IMG/VR virus record: IMGVR_UViG_3300020578_000006
Location: 1-64,000 of that record
Length of the DNA: 64,000 bases
Reading direction: 5' to 3' (one strand)
The stretch's first letter is position 1; each line of letters starts with the position of its first letter. The notes beneath the pieces are model-generated. The model saw nothing but the letters and a program-made list of their open reading frames with translations. It was not told the origin of the DNA and searched no databases. Below are positions 8,090 through 16,850 of this stretch, in pieces. The position numbers and the translations under genes were made by a program.

Positions 8090-8949
8090 GAGTTTTTAAC
8101 ACAATTATTAACTCTTTTTCCACCCTTAATTTTAGTTCCTTGTTTATGATATCCCTTCCAACATTTAGGGTCTAATCGTCTCTCTTCACTTTCAGCTGAA
8201 GCACGTCTTTGTTCATTATCTGCATCTTTTTTATTCTTTAATTCATTTTTTACGCTAAGAAGATGATTGATATCAATCTTATCTTCAGGCTTTGATGCCC
8301 ATGTCTGATTGTACATTTCGGCAAATTTCTTTAAAACCCAATCTTCATAAAAAGGAGAATGTGTCTCAAAAAACTTTATATAAGGGTCGGAACCTTCTCG
8401 TTTATATTCACTTCTAAAAAACTTGCCCAATATACTCATCCATCTTGATTCATTTTCTTTTCTTCTCTTCACATCACCTGGACTCTCTTCACCTTCGCCT
8501 TTTAACTCCATTTCATGTGCATAGTCTTGTGCAGAATATTCCTCTTTACTATCAGGCATTTGTTCTCTAAATTCATCTTCAACATCAGGGAATCCATGCT
8601 CTTGGTACCAACCATATTGAGACACCACATCCATAGGAAAGTCTTCATCATACATAAATAGATTCATAGCGCGTTTTTCTGGATTTTTATCGTGTTTAAA
8701 GATCCTCTTTACAACTTCATCAAACGCCAATTCCAGCACTTTCCTTTGACCTTCTTTTGTATTTGTATCAATATCTCTAGGAAGAAAAGCGGCTGCTATC
8801 TCGTGAGTATATTTTAATTTCTCTTTTGGCTTATCTTCAGGAAGCTTGGAGGCTGCATGTTTTGAAAGCTTTGCAAATTCTGGATATGGCATACTTTCGG
8901 TTACTACGGTTTTATATGCTTCAAATATAAGATGACTGTCTTTATTCAT
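8086..8949 (-). CDS. late acidic protein with MNKDSHLIFEAY motif and C-terminal CWKGY...NCVK module (putative internal head protein)
   Basis: Late promoter 5 nt upstream; small C-terminal module recalled from T4-like aquatic phages. Confidence 0.75.
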   Translation of the reverse strand: MNKDSHLIFEAYKTVVTESMPYPEFAKLSKHAASKLPEDKPKEKLKYTHEIAAAFLPRDIDTNTKEGQRKVLELAFDEVVKRIFKHDKNPEKRAMNLFMYDEDFPMDVVSQYGWYQEHGFPDVEDEFREQMPDSKEEYSAQDYAHEMELKGEGEESPGDVKRRKENESRWMSILGKFFRSEYKREGSDPYIKFFETHSPFYEDWVLKKFAEMYNQTWASKPEDKIDINHLLSVKNELKNKKDADNEQRRASAESEERRLDPKCWKGYHKQGTKIKGGKRVNNCVKNS

Positions 8950-8963
8950 CTTATTATTTAGTC

Positions 8964-9533
8964 TTACAAATCAATAGGTTCGTATTTGTCCAATACGTTA
9001 GAAAGGTCCTTTTTAGGCGGAGTAAAGTTTTTAAGTTTAAATTTTCTAAAGTATTCAATATTATTGCCAAGATTATCTCTAGAAACATTAAACGAAACAT
9101 ATTTCTTACCATTTTTATCTATTTTATATTCGGGCGATATTCTATTAATAAAATCAATCATGCTTGCTCTATCATATTCAACCACTACTCCTTCGTCCAT
9201 ATCTACATGCATCATTCTATGATTCTTTTTTCGAGATATTTCATCAGGGTAAACAAATATAAAACCGTTCTTTAAATTGGCTTTCACATCTACACTATAA
9301 TAATTGGCCCAGGTATTCTTTTTAAATTCAAAATCTATGCCGGCAATCTGCTTCTCCTTATCATTCTCATACCATATTACGTCATGGTAAGTACTTTCTA
9401 AATATTCTAGAATTAACTTTTCTGCCCGTAATCCTTTATCAGTATATTCATTATCCCCGTATGCCTCTTTTGTGGTGTTTGTCCATTTCCTTGTAATTCT
9501 CTTACTCACGGTCAAATACCTCAAAACCTTCAT
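8964..9533 (-). CDS. PD-(D/E)XK endonuclease-like protein
   Basis: GLRAEKLI helix, GIDF...VDVK active-site-like pattern. Confidence 0.6.
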   Translation of the reverse strand: MKVLRYLTVSKRITRKWTNTTKEAYGDNEYTDKGLRAEKLILEYLESTYHDVIWYENDKEKQIAGIDFEFKKNTWANYYSVDVKANLKNGFIFVYPDEISRKKNHRMMHVDMDEGVVVEYDRASMIDFINRISPEYKIDKNGKKYVSFNVSRDNLGNNIEYFRKFKLKNFTPPKKDLSNVLDKYEPIDL

Positions 9534-9783
9534 CTTCTAGCATATCAGCTGCTGTATCGCTTGCAATATTATAAGCTGTTTCAAATTCACCCTCACGGAG
9601 AAAATCTTGAATTTCATCTACCCCACTTCCGAACGTAGCAGTATCAGGTAAATCAGAACTTGTAAAATAAGATCTAGTATACTTTTTTAAGTAACTATCA
9701 ATTAGTTTTATAGCCACAACTTGTTCCCCGGATTGGTTTATAAGTCTCTTAAGTTTATCTTTTTGTTTTTCGGTTAAATTCAT
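9502..9783 (-). CDS. hypothetical acidic protein (start likely MNLTEKQ)
   Basis: ORF track 9502..9801; ATG at 9783 overlaps the upstream stop. Confidence 0.65.
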   Translation of the reverse strand: MNLTEKQKDKLKRLINQSGEQVVAIKLIDSYLKKYTRSYFTSSDLPDTATFGSGVDEIQDFLREGEFETAYNIASDTAADMLEDEGFEVFDRE

Positions 9784-9977
9784 TAATATTTTGCTCCCCA
9801 AATTTTTATTCTAGCATTAGGATCGTTGCTTCCATCAGGAGTGTCAAGCATATTATATTTGTTATAATCCCAATCTATACTGTCTTCGGCCATGTTATTC
9901 CTAGTATATGGTCCTTGTTTAACGCTAGTACAAGAACACAAAACAATTCCTGCTAGTAGTAACAATATTAAATTCAT
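9783..9977 (-). CDS. small putative lipoprotein
   Basis: Signal-like LILLLLAGIVLCSC; TTGACA-N16-TATAAT promoter (9984..10011) with ATG 6 nt after the -10. Confidence 0.65.
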   Translation of the reverse strand: MNLILLLLAGIVLCSCTSVKQGPYTRNNMAEDSIDWDYNKYNMLDTPDGSNDPNARIKIWGAKY

Positions 9978-10012
9978 ACTATTATTATAAAGGTTATTAA
10001 AGTTATGTCAAG

Positions 10013-10039
10013 AAAAAAAAGCGGTTTCAACGATACCGC
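10013..10039 (-). terminator. rho-independent terminator
   Basis: GCGGU-AUCGUUGAA-ACCGC hairpin followed by U8. Confidence 0.8.
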
Positions 10040-10114
10040 AAAACGTGGATTAGGATTGGTATGGGCTAATCCTACTTTCCTCCATACATCCACCTAATCA
10101 TTTACGTAGGAACT
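10013..10114 (-). ncRNA. candidate ~100 nt small RNA
   Basis: Bounded by TTGATT-N16-TATACT promoter (10121..10148) and a terminator; only a 9-codon ORF; alternative helices; multiple GGA motifs. Confidence 0.55.
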
Positions 10115-10148
10115 ATTATTAGTATAAGATAGAAGAAATAATAATCAA

Positions 10149-10352
10149 CTACCAATGTCGAATTACATTAGCTATAATAAACCCGCATGTAATAAAATTA
10201 ATTAGAACTATGAGAGTACGAATAATTAAGCTAATATTTGCATCTCTTACTTTAAGTGTGGGGATCTCGGGTTTATCGCCATCTGTTAGGCCAATTCTAT
10301 GATCAATAGTTCTAGACCATATTAGCCAGATTTTAGTAAAAGCTTTTTTCAT
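10149..10352 (-). CDS. small membrane protein
   Basis: 67 aa with C-terminal TM-like segment. Confidence 0.7.
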   Translation of the reverse strand: MKKAFTKIWLIWSRTIDHRIGLTDGDKPEIPTLKVRDANISLIIRTLIVLINFITCGFIIANVIRHW

Positions 10353-10573
10353 TTTACAGTTTTGTTCAGTCTCTCAACTTCGTCCAAAAATGCTACTAAT
10401 GATTCCGATATTCTATATCTGTCTTGGTTCACAATGCCTTCAATTTTCACATAATCACCATTAACATACCTGTATGCTTGATCTCTACATATTCTACGAA
10501 ACTCTCCAACACATTGTTTAAGCTCAAAAAATTCTTCTTGAGTTAATTTTACATCTCTGAATGTGTACTTCAC
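10349..10573 (-). CDS. hypothetical protein
   Basis: 74 aa ORF, GTG start. Confidence 0.65.
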   Translation of the reverse strand: MKYTFRDVKLTQEEFFELKQCVGEFRRICRDQAYRYVNGDYVKIEGIVNQDRYRISESLVAFLDEVERLNKTVK

Positions 10574-10584
10574 TAAGTAATTAT

Positions 10585-10854
10585 ATGCTCGATAAAATTA
10601 AAAGCCATTTTAACAAAAGCTATAATTTAGTTTTTTGGGTATTGTTTGCCCCTGCTATGATTTGGACATTTTACAGTATACACGAATTATATACGGTATA
10701 TTTTGATCTGCTGACCAAACAAGATCACATGCAATTTTTTCTTAGAATTTTCTTTCCATTATCTGTAGCGTTATATGTTACATCATTAGAACGGGCAGCA
10801 CGAAAGAGACGAGAAAGGCTTAAACAGAATATTGAAAATTATCTAGATACTTAA
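10585..10854 (+). CDS. two-TM membrane protein with basic C-tail (holin-like candidate)
   Basis: Start revised to MLDKIK, 5 nt after TAAGTA late-like motif; two hydrophobic helices then RKRRERLK. Confidence 0.55.
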   Translation: MLDKIKSHFNKSYNLVFWVLFAPAMIWTFYSIHELYTVYFDLLTKQDHMQFFLRIFFPLSVALYVTSLERAARKRRERLKQNIENYLDT

Positions 10855-10924
10855 TCTTTAAATCTCTCCCGTAGGTAGAATACATATAACAATACGGCCA
10901 CACATATTAATAAAGATCCAATGC

Positions 10925-11179
10925 TCATATCTTAAATGATTTATTCCACATAATCTCAAATGTCCATCCAGCGTAATCAATTGACAGCTCCCAAAAAGTA
11001 GAGTGAAACACACCATAAAATTTTGGAAACCATCTAAATCTATAAGAGTTTAAAATATAAAAACCTAGACCGTCTTCAAATACTATTTTGTAGTGAGGTT
11101 GGCTCACAAATACGTTTTCACCGAAGTTATGCGGCTTTATATCCTTAGGAGTACCAAATATAATTTTCATTAATCCCAA
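10925..11179 (-). CDS. hypothetical protein
   Basis: 84 aa ORF. Confidence 0.6.
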   Translation of the reverse strand: MGLMKIIFGTPKDIKPHNFGENVFVSQPHYKIVFEDGLGFYILNSYRFRWFPKFYGVFHSTFWELSIDYAGWTFEIMWNKSFKI

Positions 11180-11709
11180 AGGTTCATATAATAAATGGAA
11201 AATAGCTTTAATCCACGTCTGTGTCTTTTATAATAATTATTATATTTCTCTTCATTAAACTCTGTTCTTTTATCTTCATCTAATGTAAATTGAAATGCAA
11301 AAATAATATCATCAAGTACGGCGCGCCACTCATCCTCTGTAAGCGATGTAGGTGGGTCTTGTGCAAATGCCTCATCACGAGTAAGTTCAATTATTTCTCC
11401 AAATCTATCCTCTATATGCCACCTGACACTGGTACCGTGAAATTGATTTCTCATTGCTTTTAAAACTGGAATAGATTTTCTAGCAATGTACCAAGCTGCA
11501 TTCCATTTATCTAAATCATCATACCCGCGAATATGGCGTTGAATAAAATATTTTATTTTAAAGTAAAGCCCAGAGGTTAGAGTATATTTCCATCTTGAAA
11601 CCCATATACAAAACTCTTCTATTAATCTATGTCTTGAGTATACTGGCTCTCCATCACCCCACAAAGATTTTATCTCAGCCAATCTTTTATTAATTTCGTT
11701 ATTTGACAC
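11170..11709 (-). CDS. conserved hypothetical phage protein
   Basis: 179 aa ORF; W..VLDDIIFAF and G..LF..YYMNLWD C-terminus. Confidence 0.75.
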   Translation of the reverse strand: MSNNEINKRLAEIKSLWGDGEPVYSRHRLIEEFCIWVSRWKYTLTSGLYFKIKYFIQRHIRGYDDLDKWNAAWYIARKSIPVLKAMRNQFHGTSVRWHIEDRFGEIIELTRDEAFAQDPPTSLTEDEWRAVLDDIIFAFQFTLDEDKRTEFNEEKYNNYYKRHRRGLKLFSIYYMNLWD

Positions 11710-11710
11710 A

Positions 11711-11860
11711 CTAAACCTTCTTTAAAGTCCAGCTGTTATCTTTGTTGTCTTGCCATTCAATTTTATCACCAACAGACCACCCTAGATTAGCCAACAAATC
11801 ATCAGGAAGCTCAATATACAACTCGTCTGTTTTAAGGTCTTTTTTAATTTCTATTTTCAC
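11711..11860 (-). CDS. AbrB/MazE/SpoVT-like small DNA-binding protein (49 aa)
   Basis: Hand translation VKIEIKKDLKTDELYIELPDDLLANLGWSVGDKIEW; typical swapped-hairpin pattern. Confidence 0.65.
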   Translation of the reverse strand: MKIEIKKDLKTDELYIELPDDLLANLGWSVGDKIEWQDNKDNSWTLKKV

Positions 11861-12546
11861 ACACCTGTCCAACGATAAGTCAGATTAGAAATTTTATGGC
11901 AAATCTTTTGAATTAGTTTAGAAGAGAAGAATACAAAAGGATTATAAATTTCCTTTACAATTGGATAATACCATTTTGCTCTAAAAACATTTCGCTTTGC
12001 AATTGATGTAGAGAGCTTTTGTTCAAATTCTTCGTTTTGCTTCTTTCTTGCTTTAGCAGTTTTCTCTGATTCAATCTCGGCTTTAATAAGATTTATCTTT
12101 TTTACCTTACCCTCAACAGCAATAACATTAAACTCAATATCTAGATATCTACCTCCTACTTCCTCATAGGTGTAAATACCAAAAGTACTAGTAGTCTTTA
12201 CTTTAACCTTAACTGGCTTCCTTTCATCTACAGTCTTTAGAGTAGGATGCTTTTTATTAATTTGTCTTTGAATAAATTTAAAATACAAACGCTCTAAAAA
12301 AGACCTATTATCTGTCCAACCGGAAAAAGGAGGGGTATAGGGTATCTTCTTACCGGTCGGTCTATACTCTGTAACAGATATTTGACCGGAAGAATCAATT
12401 GTAAAGGAAGATAATGTATTATCTAAATCTTTTGTCTGGAACTCGGAGGGTACTTGCTTATTATTATTCTTCAAAAAAGAAGATACTTCTTTTGGAAGAG
12501 AAGGAAGCTTTAAGTTTTCTATAACTACTGTGTCGAACATACCCAT
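11857..12546 (-). CDS. conserved hypothetical phage protein (MGMFD family)
   Basis: MGMFDTV...FQTKDLD; start revised from 12585. Confidence 0.75.
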   Translation of the reverse strand: MGMFDTVVIENLKLPSLPKEVSSFLKNNNKQVPSEFQTKDLDNTLSSFTIDSSGQISVTEYRPTGKKIPYTPPFSGWTDNRSFLERLYFKFIQRQINKKHPTLKTVDERKPVKVKVKTTSTFGIYTYEEVGGRYLDIEFNVIAVEGKVKKINLIKAEIESEKTAKARKKQNEEFEQKLSTSIAKRNVFRAKWYYPIVKEIYNPFVFFSSKLIQKICHKISNLTYRWTGV

Positions 12547-12601
12547 AATATATATTATAAGAAATATGTGGAATATCAATAACATTTTATAAATTATTGA
12601 T

Positions 12602-12883
12602 ATGAAAGTGACCTTTACTCAGCCTGACAAAAGAGATAATAAAATACCTTTTTCCGAATTAAAGGTAGGAGATGTTTTCACCATAGCTGACCCAAAAATG
12701 TCTAAGGTCACATGCTATATGAAGACGAAGGTTAGCAAATATTATACAGCTTCTAATCTAGATTGTATTAACCTAGAAACTGGAGAGATATCTATATTTT
12801 CAGATACTAAAAAAGAAGTTATATCTGTAGATCAGTTATTTGTTTACAAAGTAAATGCTGAGATTAATGTAAAGGTTGATTAA
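12602..12883 (+). CDS. hypothetical protein
   Basis: 93 aa ORF, divergent from 12546 gene. Confidence 0.7.
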   Translation: MKVTFTQPDKRDNKIPFSELKVGDVFTIADPKMSKVTCYMKTKVSKYYTASNLDCINLETGEISIFSDTKKEVISVDQLFVYKVNAEINVKVD

Positions 12884-13614
12884 GGTTCTAAGGGATACCA
12901 TTTCTTAGAATCGGTTAGTTCGTGATATTCTAGAATACTAACACTACCGTTTAAGAACGCAACAATAGCATTATCGTTATATCTGGCTGAAATATAGCCC
13001 GTACTCTTTGGGTTACTTCTTGGATCATATTTGGATTTACTTTTAGGTATATCAACATAATAAAACCCTTCAAACCTCTCCCCCACGGCCATACTTCTTG
13101 ATGAAACAAACGCTATCGTTTGAGAAGGCTTTGTAACCTGGACTAATGATGAAGCAATTCTATTCTGATATTGCTTACCTTCATAATCATTTCCACCTAG
13201 ATAGATATTAAGACCAAAAGAAGGAAGCACACTTACAAGGTATGTCTGTGTTAAGCCTCCTTGTTTTTTGATATATCTGGCCGCCTCATTCACTAAAGTA
13301 CATCCATAAAAATCGTAGTTAAAGTAAGGAGCAAGTCTCCAAGGCCATCGGTGTGATTCATGACTCTCTTCACCGCCAATTTGCTTACCATTTATATCAA
13401 ACGCGGTACCATTAAGATCATAACTCTTCATTAGTAAATTATTATTATCACTACTATAAAGATTGTATGCGGTTATTAAATTTTTTATAGCACTAACCTC
13501 TTTTGCCTTTTTACCGGTATCATGCGCTTTACTCAAAACTGGAAGCCCAACACCTAGTAATATACCTATTACGCAAACTACTACCAAGCTCTCAACAAGC
13601 GTGAAAGCTTTCAT
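12880..13614 (-). CDS. prepilin-type N-terminal cleavage/methylation domain protein (PVC-type, H-X9-DG-like C-terminus)
   Basis: MKAFTLVESLVVVCVIGILLGVGLPVLSKA; HRWPW..APY; ARYNDNAIVAFLNGSV. Confidence 0.85.
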   Translation of the reverse strand: MKAFTLVESLVVVCVIGILLGVGLPVLSKAHDTGKKAKEVSAIKNLITAYNLYSSDNNNLLMKSYDLNGTAFDINGKQIGGEESHESHRWPWRLAPYFNYDFYGCTLVNEAARYIKKQGGLTQTYLVSVLPSFGLNIYLGGNDYEGKQYQNRIASSLVQVTKPSQTIAFVSSRSMAVGERFEGFYYVDIPKSKSKYDPRSNPKSTGYISARYNDNAIVAFLNGSVSILEYHELTDSKKWYPLEP

Positions 13615-14327
13615 TTTCTATTTAAAAACCATGTAATAAAAACAACCCCCATAGCGGCTATTAAAAATTCAAATGTAGATGGCTCAGGTATAATTGATAC
13701 ATTAGGGTGAAGAATTGGATCAGAATATTCTAATGAATAAAATTGTGCCGTTGTACCTTCAACGCTAGAATATGTTCCAATAAGCCCTATACCAAAATTA
13801 GTAAGAGGATCTATTTTCCATTGATTAAGAGCCTGGGTAATATTAAAGGATATCTCTCCAGATTGAATAAAAGTTACACTATCTAGAGTAGGTCTGTTTA
13901 AGAGATTAGTATTATACCAACTAAGAGGATCAGAAGCAAATTCTATATTTGAAAAACTATCTCCTAAGGCCACAGCCTTAATTGTAAAGGTCACTCCCGA
14001 AGTCAAATAAGAATATGTTGGGGGGCCTTGATAACCTGGTACCACAGTTCCAGGTACTCTGAATCTTTGAAGATTGAGTTTAAGTAGACCGGTACTGCCT
14101 AGCTCATAATTTGTAATATCATTAACCTCAACACCTCCCACATTGAAATGATATTGATAAGGGCTGCCAGCCTGTTGATTGTTAACACCTACAAAGAGAG
14201 GGGTTCTGGTTGAATTAAATGTTCCGTAATAAAGATAGTAATCAGCATCAGTAGATACGGCCAAGTTAACAGCATGACAGGCTGCACTAAGAAGCAGTGA
14301 TAATATAATTGTAATTAGTTTGTTCAT
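13611..14327 (-). CDS. PEP-CTERM sorting-domain secreted protein
   Basis: N-terminal signal peptide; C-terminal IPEPSTFEFLIAAMGVVFITWFLNRK. Confidence 0.9.
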   Translation of the reverse strand: MNKLITIILSLLLSAACHAVNLAVSTDADYYLYYGTFNSTRTPLFVGVNNQQAGSPYQYHFNVGGVEVNDITNYELGSTGLLKLNLQRFRVPGTVVPGYQGPPTYSYLTSGVTFTIKAVALGDSFSNIEFASDPLSWYNTNLLNRPTLDSVTFIQSGEISFNITQALNQWKIDPLTNFGIGLIGTYSSVEGTTAQFYSLEYSDPILHPNVSIIPEPSTFEFLIAAMGVVFITWFLNRK

Positions 14328-14333
14328 AAGATT

Positions 14334-14405
14334 TCGCGGGGGTCGGATTTGAACCGACGATCTCCTGGTTATGAGCCAGACGAGTTACCACTTCTCCACC
14401 CCACA
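14334..14405 (-). tRNA. trnfM: initiator tRNA-fMet(CAU)
   Basis: Near-identical to bacterial fMet tRNA (GGGGUGGAG...CUCAUAA...GUCGGUUCAAAUCCG); U1.G72; anticodon stem UCUGG/CCAGG. Confidence 0.9.
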
Positions 14406-14436
14406 ATATATATATTAATATATATTAAATAATACA

Positions 14437-14904
14437 ATGAAAAGAATAGAAGATGTTATTTTGGAAGCATCTACAGAGACAAAAGCTAAGTTGTATGTAC
14501 CGGCAAAGAAAGCTTTCGAAGCCCCAGATACAGGAGTAACAATCAATAAGCCAGCCGCATATAGAGTAATTAAAGATTGTGCTGAAACAACATTGCTCTT
14601 TTTACCTATAGAAATCTTTCTTAAATTTAAATCTCCAACTCAAGCGTTAAAGGGAAAATTTTCTAGAGAGCAAGTAATTGATCTCTATAACAGAACAACA
14701 ACAGATTCTGTTGCTAAGATTCTCTTTCAAACAATACTAGATACTTGCCCTAAAGCTCCCCCGCAATTAACCCCTACAAAAGCTGCTATAATAACAGATG
14801 TTGATATAGATGATCCTTACGACACATATGGAGACAATACACCCGCTCAAAGTGCTGAGACATCTAAATCGTTAGTTGATATAATTGTTTCGGCTTACTC
14901 TTAA
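14437..14904 (+). CDS. late hypothetical protein (MKRIEDVILE)
   Basis: TAAATA 5 nt upstream; I-L-E motif near the N-terminus. Confidence 0.75.
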   Translation: MKRIEDVILEASTETKAKLYVPAKKAFEAPDTGVTINKPAAYRVIKDCAETTLLFLPIEIFLKFKSPTQALKGKFSREQVIDLYNRTTTDSVAKILFQTILDTCPKAPPQLTPTKAAIITDVDIDDPYDTYGDNTPAQSAETSKSLVDIIVSAYS

Positions 14905-15590
14905 AGAGTAAAAGATGCTATCTGTGTATTAGTAGAGGAATTCACTGAAGGCCATCCAGCGGCTTTTCTTTCGTTAAATAATTTTCCATCTTCTTTCTCT
15001 GTTCTTCTACCTTCCTTATAAACGTTATCATCTCTTTCTTGCCCATAAAAGTAGGCGTGATTATGAAATAAGATTGCCCAAGCATCTTTATAATAAACCT
15101 TATCTTCTATTGCTCTAGTACATAGCTCAGCATCACCAAAATTATGTTTATACCAAACTGGCCATCCCCCATATTTTGCTAATAAGTTTCTATGTATTAA
15201 TGAATGGCAGGAGTTTTCAAAACCATGACTATCACCGTTAAAACCAACCATACCAAAATTATTTCTTCCTATTTGTTTATCATATGCAATAAGACCTCTT
15301 CTCAACCAATCCTTTCCTGCAAGAATATCATTAGATAAATTTGCCAATATAGGAATATCCGTAAATGTATCTGTTGCATATTGTAATGCTTCCCAATAGG
15401 AGAGCTTAGGCTTATTACTTACAAGAGGGGTAGCTCCTAATTTTTCTGTAGAAAGTACTATATCTCTATCTTCTTGTCCTGAAACTGTTACCAATTTATA
15501 AGGAACGCTAGCTGTATAGTTTAGCCTTTTTACACATTCTAAAGTAATTTCCTTTCGTCCTCTACAAGGCATTATAGCTAATACTAACAT
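14901..15590 (-). CDS. glycosyltransferase family 2-like
   Basis: IMPCRGRKE, LSNDILAG, HNFGDAELC, FHNH motifs. Confidence 0.75.
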   Translation of the reverse strand: MLVLAIMPCRGRKEITLECVKRLNYTASVPYKLVTVSGQEDRDIVLSTEKLGATPLVSNKPKLSYWEALQYATDTFTDIPILANLSNDILAGKDWLRRGLIAYDKQIGRNNFGMVGFNGDSHGFENSCHSLIHRNLLAKYGGWPVWYKHNFGDAELCTRAIEDKVYYKDAWAILFHNHAYFYGQERDDNVYKEGRRTEKEDGKLFNERKAAGWPSVNSSTNTQIASFTL

Positions 15591-15635
15591 ATTGATTATG
15601 TTATAATATTAATAATAAAAAGCAATAAATAATTA

Positions 15636-16286
15636 ATGGTTTCTTACAGACAGTTTATTAAAGAGGCTAATTTCAATGTTAATACAGGACGGGGAATTGT
15701 AGGGCCTGGAACAAAGAGAGGTACAAATCAGCAGCAACCGTATTACCCAGTACAAACATCATCACAAATACAAAGAACACAGCAACCACGTGCTTACTCA
15801 CCTACACAACAAGTTGCTCCGTCAGTGACTCAGCGTAATATAGCAACGACATCTTATCCTGTTCAAACTACCGCACCAACACAGCCTCAACAAACCGCTA
15901 CTGGGAAGAATGGACAGCTAACACAAAAGGAATTAAAACTTGTAGGCAAGTATAACGCTGGTCCATCTGGTAAGAGGCAATGGTATACTAATAATGCATT
16001 TTTAAGTCCGAGAGCTGCAGATGCTTTTCTTGCCGCGCAACAAGCCTACGGAAGACCGTTTCCAATTAATAGTGCTTATAGAAATTTAGAACATCAAAGA
16101 GGTCTATCTGGTGAGGGGCATAAAGTAGTAGGAAGAGCTGGAACCTCTAGACATGGTTTAGGAATGGCAATAGATATTCAGCCTAATACACCTCATTATA
16201 ACTGGTTCAAACAGAATGGGCCGCAATTTGGATGGCATTTTGCCTCTATACCTGGTGATCCTTATCATTTTGAGTTTAGAGGTTGA
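15636..16286 (+). CDS. peptidase M15 (VanY-like) with capsid-targeting-like N-terminus
   Basis: SAYR, SRHGLGMAIDI, DPYHFEF zinc motifs; MVSYRQFIKEA start; Q/T/P-rich linker; late promoter. Confidence 0.85.
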   Translation: MVSYRQFIKEANFNVNTGRGIVGPGTKRGTNQQQPYYPVQTSSQIQRTQQPRAYSPTQQVAPSVTQRNIATTSYPVQTTAPTQPQQTATGKNGQLTQKELKLVGKYNAGPSGKRQWYTNNAFLSPRAADAFLAAQQAYGRPFPINSAYRNLEHQRGLSGEGHKVVGRAGTSRHGLGMAIDIQPNTPHYNWFKQNGPQFGWHFASIPGDPYHFEFRG

Positions 16287-16316
16287 TTTTTTTATAGCTT
16301 CCTGTATAAATAGTGA

Positions 16317-16622
16317 ATGAATAAACTACTTGCCTCACTTGTAGTTGGCCTTGCGCTAACTACTATCGCGTTGGCCGATTCTGGTACCTGTACTCCCTGT
16401 GATGACAGTGATTGGACAGTCGCGCGTGGCTTTGCCGCAGTGGGCGACCTTCTGGTAGTTAGACCTCTGGGAACCGCCGCGACAATAGGTGGTTTTGGTC
16501 TATTTGCAGTTGCGTCCCCATTTGCTGCTATGGCTGATGCAACAGATGAAGTATTTGATACGCTCGTTCAAGAGCCTGGCGAATATACGTTTGTTCGCGA
16601 TCTTGGCGATTTCAGTCGCTAA
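16317..16622 (+). CDS. secreted/membrane protein of bacterial type
   Basis: Signal peptide; DLLVVRPLG...P.EYTFVR.LG pattern; higher GC; TATAAATA 4 nt upstream. Confidence 0.75.
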   Translation: MNKLLASLVVGLALTTIALADSGTCTPCDDSDWTVARGFAAVGDLLVVRPLGTAATIGGFGLFAVASPFAAMADATDEVFDTLVQEPGEYTFVRDLGDFSR

Positions 16623-16649
16623 TAATAATAGACTAAGGGTTCTATTCCT

Positions 16650-16850
16650 TTAGTCTATTTTACCATATACTGTTTTATTAATCGCTTTATCGGTTCTTTT
16701 TACTAAGCGAAACGTACATTGATCACAAGTTTTTTCACTAACTGCAAGCGTTTCAATTGCTTCATCTAATGTATGTGATTCGCCTAGCACTACCCAATCT
16801 TCCCATTGTTCGTTGATTAATTTTTCCACAACGTAATAGGTTATACTCAT
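16650..16850 (-). CDS. hypothetical protein
   Basis: 66 aa; TAAATA 5 nt upstream. Confidence 0.7.
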   Translation of the reverse strand: MSITYYVVEKLINEQWEDWVVLGESHTLDEAIETLAVSEKTCDQCTFRLVKRTDKAINKTVYGKID

